Part shown: positions 50,591-64,000 of the stretch, piece by piece
Position numbering within the stretch: position 1 is the stretch's first letter
How the letters are laid out: each line of letters opens with the position of its first letter
Assembly (NCBI GenBank): GCA_964016885.1
Contig: OZ024742.1
Location: 56,234,001 to 56,298,000, forward strand
Direction of reading: 5' to 3'
DNA: 64,000 nt
Origin: Eledone cirrhosa
Taxonomy: Eukaryota
Notes under the pieces: generated by a model
Seen by the model: only the letters and a program-made list of their open reading frames with translations
Told to the model about the DNA's origin: nothing
Databases searched by the model: none
Position numbers and translations under genes: made by a program

Positions 50591-50915
50591 AGAAATATTA
50601 AAACAATGAAATTAAACACAAAACTGTTAATTCAGAGTAAAACATATTATTTTACGATCGTTTCCGGGGGGGGGGGGGTAGGTTCCCTGTATGTTCATTC
50701 AATTATTGATCTATGTAAAACATATACAAAATATCATAGTCAGAAAAAGATACATACGTCTTCACTACCCTTCGTCTTCAGATATGATATTTTGTAATAT
50801 GTTTTACATAGATCAATAATTGAATGAACATACAGGGGACTACCCCAGAAACGGTCGTAAAATAATGTGTTTTACTATGAATTAACAGTTTTGTGTTTAA
50901 TTTCATTGTTTTAAT

Positions 50916-50921
<6 letters not shown>
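50591..50921. mobile_element. Palindromic element with a long-helix-II HHR-like motif (50648-50785, minus)
   Basis: CTGAAGA-CGAAGGGTAG...CTACCC..CG-GAAA-CGATCG-TA. The 5' strand of helix I appears lost at the inversion junction. Confidence 0.65.
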
Positions 50922-50985
<64 letters not shown>

Positions 50986-51165
50986 ACCATAATGCACCAG
51001 AGTACTCAATACTTAGGGTAGTAGAGTGGGAAATAGGAAAAAGTATGATCCCATTCTACTACCCTAAGAAAGAGTACTCTGGTGCGTTATGGTCCATCTG
51101 GTTCCTTACTATATTGTTGGCTTCTTGCTACAATGATTCTATACCTTTAATTTATATATATATAT

Positions 51166-51219
<54 letters not shown>

Positions 51220-51229
51220 TATATATATT

Positions 51230-51545
51230 AATTGCGAGGTTTTTGATATGAAATCGTGTGTCGAAACAAATATTGTTATACTTGGGGAGGGTCATATTTG
51301 TATAATATTGCCAGAATTAATAACAGAACACACTCACTGCTTGGTTGGTTTTCGCTTTTCGCTTCTGTGTCTTTTATATCGGTAATCTAATTTATTCGGT
51401 CCTCAATGTTGCCATTGACTGACCAACGGTCAAAAATACAGATACAATATAGACACAAACACATATATATAGTTTATCAAAGTTCTTTCGTTGCACATCT
51501 GCAACATCGTCAGTGGTGCTATTGTTTCCTCCCGTTGCATTGTAT
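51230..51545 (-). mobile_element. HHR element family J (HHR 51475-51518; opposite-strand copy 62200-62530 with HHR 62244-62287)
   Basis: CA-CTGACGA-T-GTTGCA GATG TGCAAC-GAAA-GAAC-TT^TG. Shares the tail TTGTTATACTTGGGGAGGGTCAT with family K and with 41975-42060. Confidence 0.75.
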
Positions 51546-51837
51546 TTTCTACGCCATCTTTATTTAGTCTGTTTATATAATTTATTTATTTGTTTATTTT
51601 ATTTTGTCTTCTTTGCGCATGCGTTTGCGTGTGTGTATAGTGTTTTGTTTGATGTGTGTTCCTGTTTGGCGGGCTGTGTATTGGTTAATGTATTCTATCT
51701 TTACTAGTGCGTGTTTATATGTATTTGTTGTTATTGTGCTTGTGTATGTATTTATTTATTTATTTATCTATTTATTTATTTATGTATAGTTCTCTTAGAT
51801 CAATGTTGTTTGTTTGGTGTTGTTGTTATTCCATTCG

Positions 51838-51874
<37 letters not shown>

Positions 51875-52315
51875 TATATAAACATTAGGTGTACTCCTAT
51901 GTTATGGTTGTGGCCAGTGAAGCTTCCATATATGTGTTAAACCTTCAAATACAAAATCCATATATGTCGAAGATACATGATACATTCTCAAGTTTATCCT
52001 CCAAAGATAATCCATATTTTATACGATGTAAATCTTGTGTATGTATATATCTCACATCTATGCAGCTGCCGTTTTCTTTTTACTACCGTGTGTCTTCTTT
52101 TACTTCTTCTGTCTCTCCAATATTGTCTCTGATCTTTCTCGATTTTTCATCCAACAAAGAATGAATGTCTGAAACACTAATGCATTTTCCAGGCTATATC
52201 ATGCATTAAACATTTACGACATAATTGCAACACTTTGGTCATCTTATTTGACTTCTCTCTCTCCATCTCTCTCCATCTGTCTCTCTCTCTTTCTCTCTCT
52301 CTCTCCCTCTCTCTC

Positions 52316-52415
<100 letters not shown>

Positions 52416-52449
52416 TTTGAGTGTATATATATATACATGTGTGTTTGCG

Positions 52450-52578
<129 letters not shown>

Positions 52579-52965
52579 TGCGTGGGTGTGTGTGTGTGTG
52601 TGCGTGTGTGTGTGCCTGCTGGCATCACAAACGAATGGTAATACATGACCAGCGTCATATCCCAATGATTGCATAACTACACCTATAATTGCATAAGAGT
52701 CTGATGAAGTCACACGCATAGCAATGTAACAGAAATATATATGATATAGTGAGGCAATTATGGGGATATAATCCCGTTTTAAACTCTATCTTATTTGATA
52801 AATGGACACTCCGTTTACTCCTAAACGCCAACCCTTAGCGAGGATAAACTACAGGAGTGAAGTGCTTTTGAATCGCTCGCACCTGCTTATCCTCAAGAGG
52901 TTACAACGTAACAGCTACGTATAAGCAACTTATATCTTGCAATATATATATATAATATATCAACT

Positions 52966-53047
52966 CCTAGACAGTATCGTTTCTGCGCAATATAACTTCA
53001 CAAATGCAGAAATTGCATCCGTAAGGCTAATCTACGTCATCAGCAGA
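52966..53047 (-). ncRNA. Type I hammerhead with long helix II
   Basis: TCTG-CTGATGA-C...A-GAAA-CGATACTG-TC^TAGG. Confidence 0.65.
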
Positions 53048-53273
53048 TAGCCCAAGTCATAAGATAGGTCTATAGATTGTGTGTTAGTCATTACTACTGG
53101 ATAAGTTATGTAGCAGTTCTTGCCAATGTCACACTCTACCTCTAATAGAAAAGAGGAAGAATCCTATCGTAGACTAAAAGAGTGGTTGGGTTGAATTCAA
53201 CAAAGAAATTAGCACCAAATAAAGATCTCAACTAGCTACCCGTATATACACACATATACATAACGAGGTTCAA

Positions 53274-53375
<102 letters not shown>

Positions 53376-53377
53376 TA

Positions 53378-53840
53378 TATTGTTATACTTTGGGAGGGTC
53401 ATGTTGCCAATAAGAAACACACGTACCAGTTGCTTTCACTTCAATTTATTATAATAAATTTAGAAATTTAGGAATTTATAAATTTCCGGTTGGTTGGTTG
53501 GTTCCACAACCAGATAGTTGTCTATATATTGTCAAAGTTCTTTCGTCACACATTCTGTGACCTCTTCAGTGACTGGGGATTCTTTTCTTTGTTTTGTGCC
53601 TTTCCTTTGTTCTGTCCTACGCCTTTGACAATATATAAACAACCATCTGGTTGTGGAACCAACCAACTAACCGGAAATTTATAAATTCCTAAATTTATAA
53701 ATTTATTATAATAAATTGAAGTGAAAGCAACTGGTGCGTGTGTTTCTTATTGGCAACATGACCCTCCCAATGTATAACAATATCGGTTTCAACACACGTT
53801 TTCAGATAAAGAATTTTGCTAAACAAATTCAGAAACGAAA
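53378..53840. mobile_element. Palindromic HHR element family K (HHR 53531-53573, minus)
   Basis: GTCA-CTGAAGA-G-GTCACA GAATG TGTGAC-GAAA-GAAC-TT^TGAC. A second palindromic copy lies at 62590-63110. Confidence 0.88.
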
Positions 53841-53845
53841 TAATA

Positions 53846-53887
<42 letters not shown>

Positions 53888-54098
53888 ATGATATTAATAA
53901 ATGGAAACAATATTTATGAAACCATATTTATTCTATGATATATATTTGAAGGTACCAAAATATCATTGGCATTATATTCCAGAAAATCAGTCGAGTGCTT
54001 CGAATCTGTTATAAATATATATATTTGTTGAATTACCTAACAAATTAAATATTCCTTTGCTTATATATATATATTATATATATACTATATATATATAA

Positions 54099-54314
54099 CT
54101 AGCTGGCCCGACCGGCTGGCGGCCGGCTTGGTATACATGCCCCCACCACTCTACTGCAAAGATGTTACACACACTCCCGTGCACATTGTCCTTCCGACTT
54201 CGTAACAAAGGGGAGGTGCTACCGTAGAAATGAGTTTAAAAAGAAAGAGTTAAGCTGTGTTGTTAATATACATAAATACATACACCTATACGACCGTCAG
54301 CTTTATAAGTTAGA
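54099..54314 (-). mobile_element. Non-autonomous Helitron-like element, 216 bp
   Basis: Minus strand: A|TCTAACTTATAAAGCTGACGG...GCCGGC CGCCA GCCGGT CGGGCCAG CTAG|T, i.e. 5'-TC, a 3' hairpin plus CTAG, and an A^T target. Confidence 0.75.
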
Positions 54315-54702
54315 TATGTGTATGTGTGTGTGTGTGTATGTGTATTTGTGTATGTTCATGTGTGTGTCTGTGTGTTTTGTTTTGATGTTATCCGGCAATT
54401 GGCGAAATCAGGTGTGAAAGTATATATATATGTGTGTGTGTGTGGGTGTGTGTGTGTGTGTGTGTTTCTTATGCGAGCGATGACAGATGAAAGAAATACC
54501 ACGGAAATGAACGTTATTTTTCAATCACCGCTACATTTGATCATACACATTGTTTATTTCATAATTATTTTAATGCCGACACTTGATTTAACGTCATTGA
54601 AAATTGGCTCATTTGCTGGTCCCGCGCTGTCTCTCTCCTCTCTCTCATCTCTCTCGTCTCTCTTCTATCTCTCTCTCTACTTCTCTCTCTCTCTCCTCTC
54701 TC

Positions 54703-54737
<35 letters not shown>

Positions 54738-55904
54738 TCTCGCTCTGAATAACTAACACTTTAATTGTACGTCTCTCATGTCTAACGGCCTATCGCTCTC
54801 TTTTTGCCCTCCCTCCGTTTTTTTTTCTCTCTCTCTCTCTCTCTCTCTAGATGAAATCTCTCTCCTTCTCTCTCTCTCTTTTCCACTCCCTCTGTTTTTC
54901 TGTCTCTCTCTGTAGATGTGTGTGTGATTATAGAGAGAGGGAAGAGCGACGGAGTGAAGAGTGACAGAGAGAGTAAAGCAATTAAATTATAGAGAGGGGG
55001 AATGATCTATTATAGAGAGAGTGAAGAGCGACGGAGAGAGTAAAGCTAAGAAACTATAGGGAAGTGTGTAGGATACATACATAATACATACATACGACGC
55101 TCAGCTTTATAATATTATATATATATATGTATATATATATATGTATATATATATAATATATGTGTGTGTGTATGTATGTATGTATGTATGTATTATATAT
55201 ACAGGGTGTCCCACATATTTATTAGAATGCTGTTGAAGTGTGCATTTAAGGTATCTTAAAATGGAGTGGGAATAAGAAAGCAAGAAACGGGGGGGTGGGG
55301 GTTTTCCTCATCAGTTATCTACTGGGGGTCTCGGATATTTCTACGCTTTAAGACAAGATATCTATTCATAGGGCGTCAATAACAAGATATCTATCCATAG
55401 GGCGTCAATAACAATAGGGCGTCAATATGTTATGGGAAAACGGAGGAGGGAGTGAAAAGAAAAAAAAAAGGGGAAGAAAAAAGAAAACAGTGAAAAAACA
55501 GCGAAATAAACAACAGACCGATCAATGTGCGAGCAACTTAAGGTAAGACAATCCAAGACCATTCGATAATAGAACTTAAGTTCAAGGCTGAGTGGTCGAG
55601 AGAAAAAAAGATACACGTCTTATCCCCGCAGTTGTAAGTGAGAAAAGAACTACTAAAGAGTCAGGCGATGGGTGAAAGTGAGGATCAGATGTGTGTCTTT
55701 TTTTCTCTCAACCACTCAGCATGAGAAGCTAGCTGCTGGCAAGCTGCTAGCTAAGAGAGTGAAAATGTGAATGTCTGAGTGTGTATGTGTGTGACAATCT
55801 AGCGGCTGGACGACGTAAGGGGATGTGTATAGGATTGTATATGAATTTCATCATATACGTACATAAACACACACCGCAACAGCCGAGAAGTTGGTGGAAA
55901 GGCG

Positions 55905-55950
<46 letters not shown>

Positions 55951-55996
55951 TATACATATACATATATATATATATATATCAACGGAATTTTCAATA

Positions 55997-56270
<274 letters not shown>

Positions 56271-56281
56271 TTGTATATATT

Positions 56282-56316
<35 letters not shown>

Positions 56317-56350
56317 ATGTGTATACATATATATATGTGTGTGTTTGTGT

Positions 56351-56405
<55 letters not shown>

Positions 56406-56465
56406 ATATATATATATGTGAGTGTGTGTGTGTATACATATATATATATATGTGTGTGTTTGTGT

Positions 56466-56496
<31 letters not shown>

Positions 56497-56503
<7 letters not shown>

Positions 56504-57428
56504 GCACATACATATATGTATACAGACGTACAGTAGTATGTATATATATATATATACATACATGCTGACATATATACATGTACGTATGGATTCCACGAAC
56601 ATTTATTATAATGCTCGGTGTGTTTGTAAGCAAACATCCCGTATTAAGCCGTAGTGTCCAGCAACCATCGTTGCTCATTTGCTCAACACTGACAAAGGAA
56701 CGCTGTACTAGTTTCAAGCTTATTAGCGATCGTCAGCAACGTATACCTTGCTTACGATAGCTAATAAGCTGGAAACTAGTACAGCGTTCCTTTGTCAGTG
56801 TTGAACAAACGAGCAACGATGGTTGCTGGACACTACGGCTTAATACGGGATGTTTGCTTACAATAAATGTTCGGTGAATCCATACGTACATGTATATATG
56901 TGGGCATGTATGTATAAATACATACTACTGTACGTCTGTATACATATATGTATGTACGTGTACATACTTATATTTAAGTAACAGCGGTACTAAAAGTGGG
57001 AAATGAAATTTCGTTTCATTTTTTCCGTTTATCGTTTTCGGTGCACCCGGCCGATTAACCCACTCGATATGCAAATTGGGCTACCCAGCCGTTAATATGC
57101 ATAAGGTAAGTATATACATTCAACAATCTGGCAGGAAGGTATACGTTGATGACGATAGCTAATAAGCTTGAAACTAGTACAGCGTTCCTTTGTCAGTGTT
57201 GAACAAACGAACAACGATGGTTGCTCTGACACTGCAGCTTAATACGGGATGTTTGTTTAAAAACACACCGAGCATTATAATAAATATTCGGTGAATCCAT
57301 ACGTACATATATATATGTGTGCATGTATACATACTACTGTACGTCTGTATACATATATGTATGTACTTATATTTAAGTAACACCCGTACTAAGAGTGGGA
57401 AATGAAATTTCGTTTCATTTTTTCCGTT

Positions 57429-57430
<2 letters not shown>
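56497..57430. mobile_element. Family H head-to-head plus tandem array
   Basis: HHR at 56700-56742 (minus); plus-strand copies at 56748-56787 (CTTACGA) and 57143-57185 (ATGACGA) have mutated cores. Confidence 0.88.
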
Positions 57431-57455
<25 letters not shown>

Positions 57456-57459
<4 letters not shown>

Positions 57460-58777
57460 GACGTAAAATAAGAACATTTTAAAAATTAAAAATTAACTTA
57501 CTTACTAAAATTTTCACTCCAACTAATTAGTTTCTGTAATGGGATAAAGATAGTTACGCAATGTAACCGTCGAGAATTCATTACGTCATCAGGGAGTCTA
57601 TTCTCAGCTAAGTCTCCAGGCAATGCGCGGACACTAGGGACTCATATAAAAATAATAATAATTCGGTGGATGGAACAGCTAGCGGGGACTGAATTCCAAA
57701 GCACTGAAAAAGTTCACTGTCTCTGGTCAAATGGCAGATTCTAAAGAATCAATCACGTGACACTGAGGCTAGTCGGAAGGAGTGGGTGGTAAAATGACAA
57801 AAGCCTACTACCACTACAATGAGTTAGTAGTGGATTTGGCAGGTTTGCTCAACAAATAAATAATTTGGAGATAAATATAGAGAATTAGTATATTTACCAA
57901 CATATGCGTACAGATGTACACTAATGCTAGCAAATACATAAGTTATGTCATAGTACCTAGGTGGTTCAATGCAGGAGGATGCGGAACAATTATATGAAAG
58001 ACGTAAAATAAGAAAATTTTAAAAATTAAAAATTAACTTACTTACTAAAATTTTCACTCCTAGAGTGAAAATTTTAGTAAGTAAGTTAATTTTTAATTTT
58101 TAAAATTTTCTTATTTTACGTCTTTCATATAATTGTTCCGCATCCTCCTGCATTGAACCACCTAGGTACTATGACATAACTTATGTATTTGCTAGCATTA
58201 GTGTACATCTGTACGCATATGTTGGTAAATATACTAATTCTCTATATTTATCTCCAAATTATTTATTTGTTGAGCAAACCTGCCAAATCCACTACTAACT
58301 CATTGTAGTGGTAGTAGGCTTTTGTCATTTTACCACCCCACTCCTTCTGACTAGCCTCAGTGTCACGTGATTGATTCTTTAGAATCTGCCATTTGACCAG
58401 AGACAGTGAACTTTTTCAGTGCTTTGGAATTCAGTCCCCGCTAGCTGTTCCATCCACCGAATTATTATTATTTTTATATGAGTCCCTAGTGTCCGCGCAT
58501 TGCCTGGAGACTTAGCTGAGAATAGACTCCCTGATGACGTAATGAATTCTCGACGGTTACATTGCGTAACTATCTTTATCCCATTACAGAAACTAATTAG
58601 TTGGAGTGAAAATTTTAGTAAGTAAGTTAATTTTTAATTTTTAAAATTTTCTTATTTTACGTCTTTCATATAATTGTTCTGCATCCTCCTGCATTGAACC
58701 ACCTAGGTACTATGACATAACTTATGTATCTGCTAACATTAGTGTACATCTGTACGCATATGTTGGTAAATATACTA

Positions 58778-58782
<5 letters not shown>
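57456..58782. mobile_element. Family D relative: 540-bp unit, head-to-head palindrome (HHRs 57516-57597 minus, 58526-58607 plus)
   Basis: Homologous to the 17158-21483 units; inversion junction at 58060-58063. Confidence 0.92.
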
Positions 58783-58853
<71 letters not shown>

Positions 58854-59064
58854 CGTATGTGTTTGACGGAGAAAAGCGTACTGAATACCGAAGTGGAGTT
58901 TAATTATTCATTTTATTAAGGCTAACTTGAGAGTGTTACTACTCTGGAGTTTCGATTGTTTTTCAGTCATCAGACTCTGTGATAAACAAGCAAAACTTCC
59001 TGAGAAACATGACTCACTATTTCGCCTTAATAAAATGAATATATATATATATAAAATTCTGCCT

Positions 59065-59328
59065 TAAGCCGGAAGACTCATTTGGCTGGTGCTTAACACG
59101 GTTTCATGGCGCGAAGCGACTGGGAGTACAACACTCCACCTGGACAGGACGACAGTCCATCGCAGGGTTAAACCCCCAGCTATTGTTGGTACTCATTTTC
59201 AGCTGAGTATACTGGAGCAGCCTGAAATAAAGTGTTTTGCTCAAGAACACAATACGCAACCCAGGAATCGAACCCCCGACATTATGATCGTAACTCCAAC
59301 ACCCTTACTACTAGGCCACGTGCCTCTC
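59065..59328 (-). mobile_element. tRNA-derived SINE (S2-related)
   Basis: Minus strand: A-box TGGCCTAGTAG, B-box GGTTCGATTCC, body CTCAGCTGAAAATGAGTACC. Confidence 0.75.
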
Positions 59329-59342
59329 TATATATATATGTA

Positions 59343-59403
<61 letters not shown>

Positions 59404-60360
59404 ATTTTATATATATATATCTATGTATATGAATATTTGACAAATGTGTCTAGATATTTGGAATTGCAATTCTCTATGAAATTGTGTTCATAATCATGCT
59501 TTCCTTTATGTATTGTCCTCATATTAGATTTTTACAAACCGCCTAAATACATAATGTACGTACTGAATAATTAAATAAATGTATTGATTATATTGATTAT
59601 AAAATGAACTTAAGGAAATAAAAGAATTTTTTTTAGGATTGACGGTTAATTATTACACAACTTTCATCAGAAAAGCCCCAAAACTTCCATTGTCATATTA
59701 GTTGATTGATACGTAAATATACCGGTTTCCAGACAAACAAAATGAGTTATCATACATTTATTATATGTATATTTATTCCAATATAAAGAACGAAGTAGGT
59801 TACGACTAAGCTGGCCAAATTAATTACAGATTGAATGTATTGTTGTAACTATTCGTATTAAAATGTTGATGAGAAAAGAATTTTCCCCATTAATGTCTAT
59901 ATTTACATCGTTGTCTCCACGAAAGCCAAACATAATTTTATTAAATACATTTCTCTGTAGAATTTTCTAAAACCAGAATTATTAATGATCCAAATGCTAT
60001 TTTATCCTATATTGTCTTTGAGGAATTCAATAGCTGCGAACATGTTGACGATTCACTAAAAACATTTAAAAAAATATATCCCATGATATATTCTACGAGA
60101 TTTAGTAATAAAAGAAAATATTGAAAATGTTAGCATTTATTCTAGATTGATATCTAGTGGCGACGTTTCCTGAAACAAACAGTACACTCAAACTGTTTCC
60201 TATATGAAACTTATCTTATTTATTTTGAAGTATCTTTTGTCAGTCCATTAATAATTAATATATTTTATCATTCCCTTAATTTAATGCTTATCGGACGAAT
60301 CTCTGTATATATGTAATATTTTTCATATAAACATATATGTATGTATATATATATATATGT

Positions 60361-60409
<49 letters not shown>

Positions 60410-60548
60410 ATTATTGTTATCTTTACCTGGAAAAAGAGAGAAGGGGGAGTGCTGGGGAGGAAATAGAGAAGCTATCGAATAAGAAAATGTAATATAATAT
60501 TCGATGGAATATATTAAAAAGAAGAGGAGGGAGACAGATATATGTAAA

Positions 60549-60936
60549 TAATTGTTTCTACTTTTGGCACAAGGCCAGCAAATACCCAGTGGATTACTGG
60601 TACTTTATTTTATCGGCCCCGTAAGGATGAAAGGCAAAGTTAACCTCGGCAGGATTTGAACTCACAATGGCAAGGGCCGTAATTCTGTGCGTCAAAGCAT
60701 GGCGTCCGACCCTCTACCGATACTACCAATCCACCGCTAGAAATATATGTAAATAATGGTTTCTTATATAGGCACAAGGCCAGCAATTTGGGGGGAGGGG
60801 AAAGTCGACTAAATCGACCCCAGTGCGTGACTAGTACTTTATTTTATCGACCCCGTAAGGATGAAAGGCAAAGTTAACCTCGGCGGGATTTGAACTAATA
60901 TCATAAAGACCCTCTACCGATACTGCCAATCCACCG
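60549..60936 (-). mobile_element. Two tandem SINE S1 copies
   Basis: Copies at 60549-60737 and 60755-60936; the flanking ATATATGTAAATAAT occurs three times. Confidence 0.82.
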
Positions 60937-61035
60937 GTACAAATATATGTAAATAATGAGACTTTGACAACATAGTTGCTCACGAACGGATGCTATTGCA
61001 GGAATTTTAATTTATAGAATATGTAAAATACAAAC

Positions 61036-61139
61036 CTGTCTTTGTCGACAGTATCCCTTAGATCCTTCAGGTTTTCCATGGCTTTTCCCTTCATCGTCGC
61101 TAAAACATTTTTCATGAAGTTGTCCGGGTCATAATCGAT
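61036..61139 (-). CDS. M13 peptidase (neprilysin/ECE-like) internal exon, 104 nt
   Basis: ttttag|ATC...GACAG|gtttgt. Encodes IDYDPDNFMKNVLATMKGKAMENLKDLRDTVDKD(R), similar to the neprilysin segment LNYKEDEYFENII...KLREKVDKDEW. Ends in phase 2 and joins the next exon in frame. Confidence 0.88.
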
Positions 61140-61556
61140 CTAAAATATATAAGCAGGTAATAATAACTTATGAATTCAGCATGAAATGCTGTAATAAAGA
61201 AACATATCTATCTATTCAACAATCTCGATTTCAACATATATTATGTTGATCATATGCAAATACATTTGTATCGTCTCCATGCAGTAGCAAACAATACCTC
61301 ATCATTTTCATCACATATCACGTAGCTCAGATATTTTATATGCTATATTGATGACCTTTTCTATCATGTAATATACGAAGGGAAAATTCTTTCCTAGCAG
61401 TAATCTCGTTTTGTTACTTATCGTAATTACCATAATATTTGTAAATATTCAATGGTAATTCATAATTTATCTGTGTATACATAATAAATGTACAAAGTCT
61501 TCATATTCTTTGGAAACAGTATCAACAAAAGTAATGGGAAAACACCAGACTTGCTC

Positions 61557-61626
<70 letters not shown>

Positions 61627-61668
61627 GATATTAAACAAATGGAAACTCTATATTTATAAAACCATATT

Positions 61669-61734
61669 TATTTCATTATACATATTTCAGGGATACCATA
61701 TTAAAAATATGGCATGCCTTCGTCAGATAAAATA
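61669..61734 (-). ncRNA. Type I hammerhead ribozyme (family L)
   Basis: TATTTTAT-CTGACGA-AGGCATGCCATATT..AATATGGTATCCCT-GAAA-TATGTA-TA^ATGAAATA. Confidence 0.9.
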
Positions 61735-62049
61735 CAATATATAAACAGTTTTATAAATAATTTTGACGTACCCTATTATAAGCGACCATTACATTTGGAA
61801 GCTGTCTGGATAGTGATTTGTTTATAATTATTTAGTTATAGTGTTAAGCACAGTTAGAAAAGAGACGGAGAGAAAGAAAAAACGGAGGCAAAGAAAAAAC
61901 AGAGAGAGAAAGGGGAGAGGAAAAGAAGAAGATATATATAAATAGATAGGAGGAAGTGAAAAAGAAACAAGAAAGAAATAAGAGAGGCAAACGAAAGCAA
62001 CAGAGGGATAATAATTCACCATACAGATAATAATTCACCATATATATAT

Positions 62050-62189
<140 letters not shown>

Positions 62190-62528
62190 CAGACTAATTA
62201 AAGATGGCGTAAGCATGCAATGCAACGGGAGGAAATATAATAGCACCACTGACGATGTTGCAGATGTGCACCGAAAGAACTTTGATAGACTATATATATA
62301 TGTGTTTGTGTCTATATTGTATCTGTATTTTTGACCGTTGGTCAGTCAATGGAAACATTGAGGACCGAATAAATTAAATTAACCGATATAAAAGACACAG
62401 AAGCGAAAACCAACCAAACAGTGAGTGTGTTCTGTTATTAATTCTGGCAATATTACACAAATATGACCCTCCCCAAGTATAACAATATTTGTTTCGACAC
62501 ACGATTTCATATCAAAAACCTCGCAAAA

Positions 62529-62589
<61 letters not shown>

Positions 62590-62591
<2 letters not shown>

Positions 62592-63110
62592 CGTTTCTGA
62601 ATTTGTTTAGCAAGATTCTTTATCTGAAAACGTGTGTTGAAACCGATATTGTTATACTTTGGGAGGGTCATGTTGCCAATAAGAAACACACTCACCAGTT
62701 GGTTTCACTTCAATTTATTATAATAAATTTATAAATTTAGGAATTTATAAATTTCCGGTTGGTTGGTTGGTTCCGCAACCAGATGGTTGTTTATATATTG
62801 TGAAACTTCTTTCGTCACACATTCTGTGACCTCTTCAGTGACTGGGGATTCTTTTCTTTGTTTTTTGTGCCACTTCTTTGTTCTGTCATACGCCAGATGG
62901 CGTAGGACAGAACAAAGGAGAGGCACAGAAGGTGTGACGAAAGAACTTTGACAATATATAAACAACCATCTGGTTGTGGAACCAACCAACCAACCAACCG
63001 GAAATTCATAAATTGCTAAATTTATAAATTTATTATAATAAATTGAAGTGAAAGCAACTGGTGCGTGTGTTTCTTATTGGCAACATGACCCTCCCAAAGT
63101 ATAACAATAT
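62590..63110. mobile_element. Family K palindrome, second copy (mutated HHR 62800-62842, minus)
   Basis: Near-identical to 53378-53840. Confidence 0.85.
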
Positions 63111-63230
63111 ATATATATATATATTATATATATTTATTAAAATAACAGATTAAGGTTTGAGCAAAGAATCGCTGCTTTCACCCTTAACGTGATCTTCTGA
63201 AACTAACAAAGTCAATCTATTTGTATGTAA

Positions 63231-63293
<63 letters not shown>

Positions 63294-63318
63294 CATATAT
63301 ATATACATATATACATAC

Positions 63319-63763
<445 letters not shown>

Positions 63764-64000
63764 TATTATACTCCAGAAAACTTGTCGAGCGCTTCAAATC
63801 TGTTATTAATATATTTGTTAAATTACCAACAAATTAAATATCCCTTTGCTTATATATATATATACATGTATATATATAAATTTTAGTACAGCTTTGACGA
63901 AGCTTTAGAATACGGCCAAACTACTAGCGTATATACATTATCGGTTTGTAGCTTGAGCACTCAGATAATGAAAGACCCCACAGTAATAACATTACGTTCA

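Noticed and set aside
52697-52747. CTGATGA..GAAA-TATATA-TG hammerhead remnant
   Set aside because: G at the cleavage position and a broken helix I; likely a dead copy, so not called as a feature.
55272-55318. Minus-strand ATAA-CTGATGA-helix II-..TC-TTAT
   Set aside because: GAAA is missing; at best a deleted remnant.
58931-58968. Minus-strand CTGATGA..GAAA-CTCCAGAG-TA
   Set aside because: Helices I and II are out of register; degenerate.

Overview
AT-rich, (TA)n-laden animal DNA. The SINE families and composition suggest a cephalopod (Octopus-like), which is inference only. The whole window lies inside one minus-strand M13 metallopeptidase (neprilysin/ECE-like) gene. Three small GT-AG exons (61036-61139, 31492-31550, 3434-3485), which the ORF track misses, are separated by introns of about 28 and 29.5 kb. 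The introns carry a near-intact Tx1-clade LINE, RTE fragments, two Penelope-like (GIY-YIG) fragments, tRNA-derived SINEs, Helitron-like elements and minisatellites. The main signal is a dense population of more than 15 apparently unrelated non-coding repeat families, each carrying a type I hammerhead ribozyme (HHR) motif; about 40 intact or decayed copies were found by eye. These retrozyme/mini-Penelope-like elements sit in (TA)n tracts. Nearly all the palindromic ones are arranged head-to-head, with 5' ends fused centrally and 3' ends running into TA. They show recurrent non-canonical cores (U3-A8, C10.1·A11.1, U10.1·U11.1, very long helix II), and in one case both arms begin at the predicted cleavage site. 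All ribozyme calls are manual folds and have not been tested for activity.
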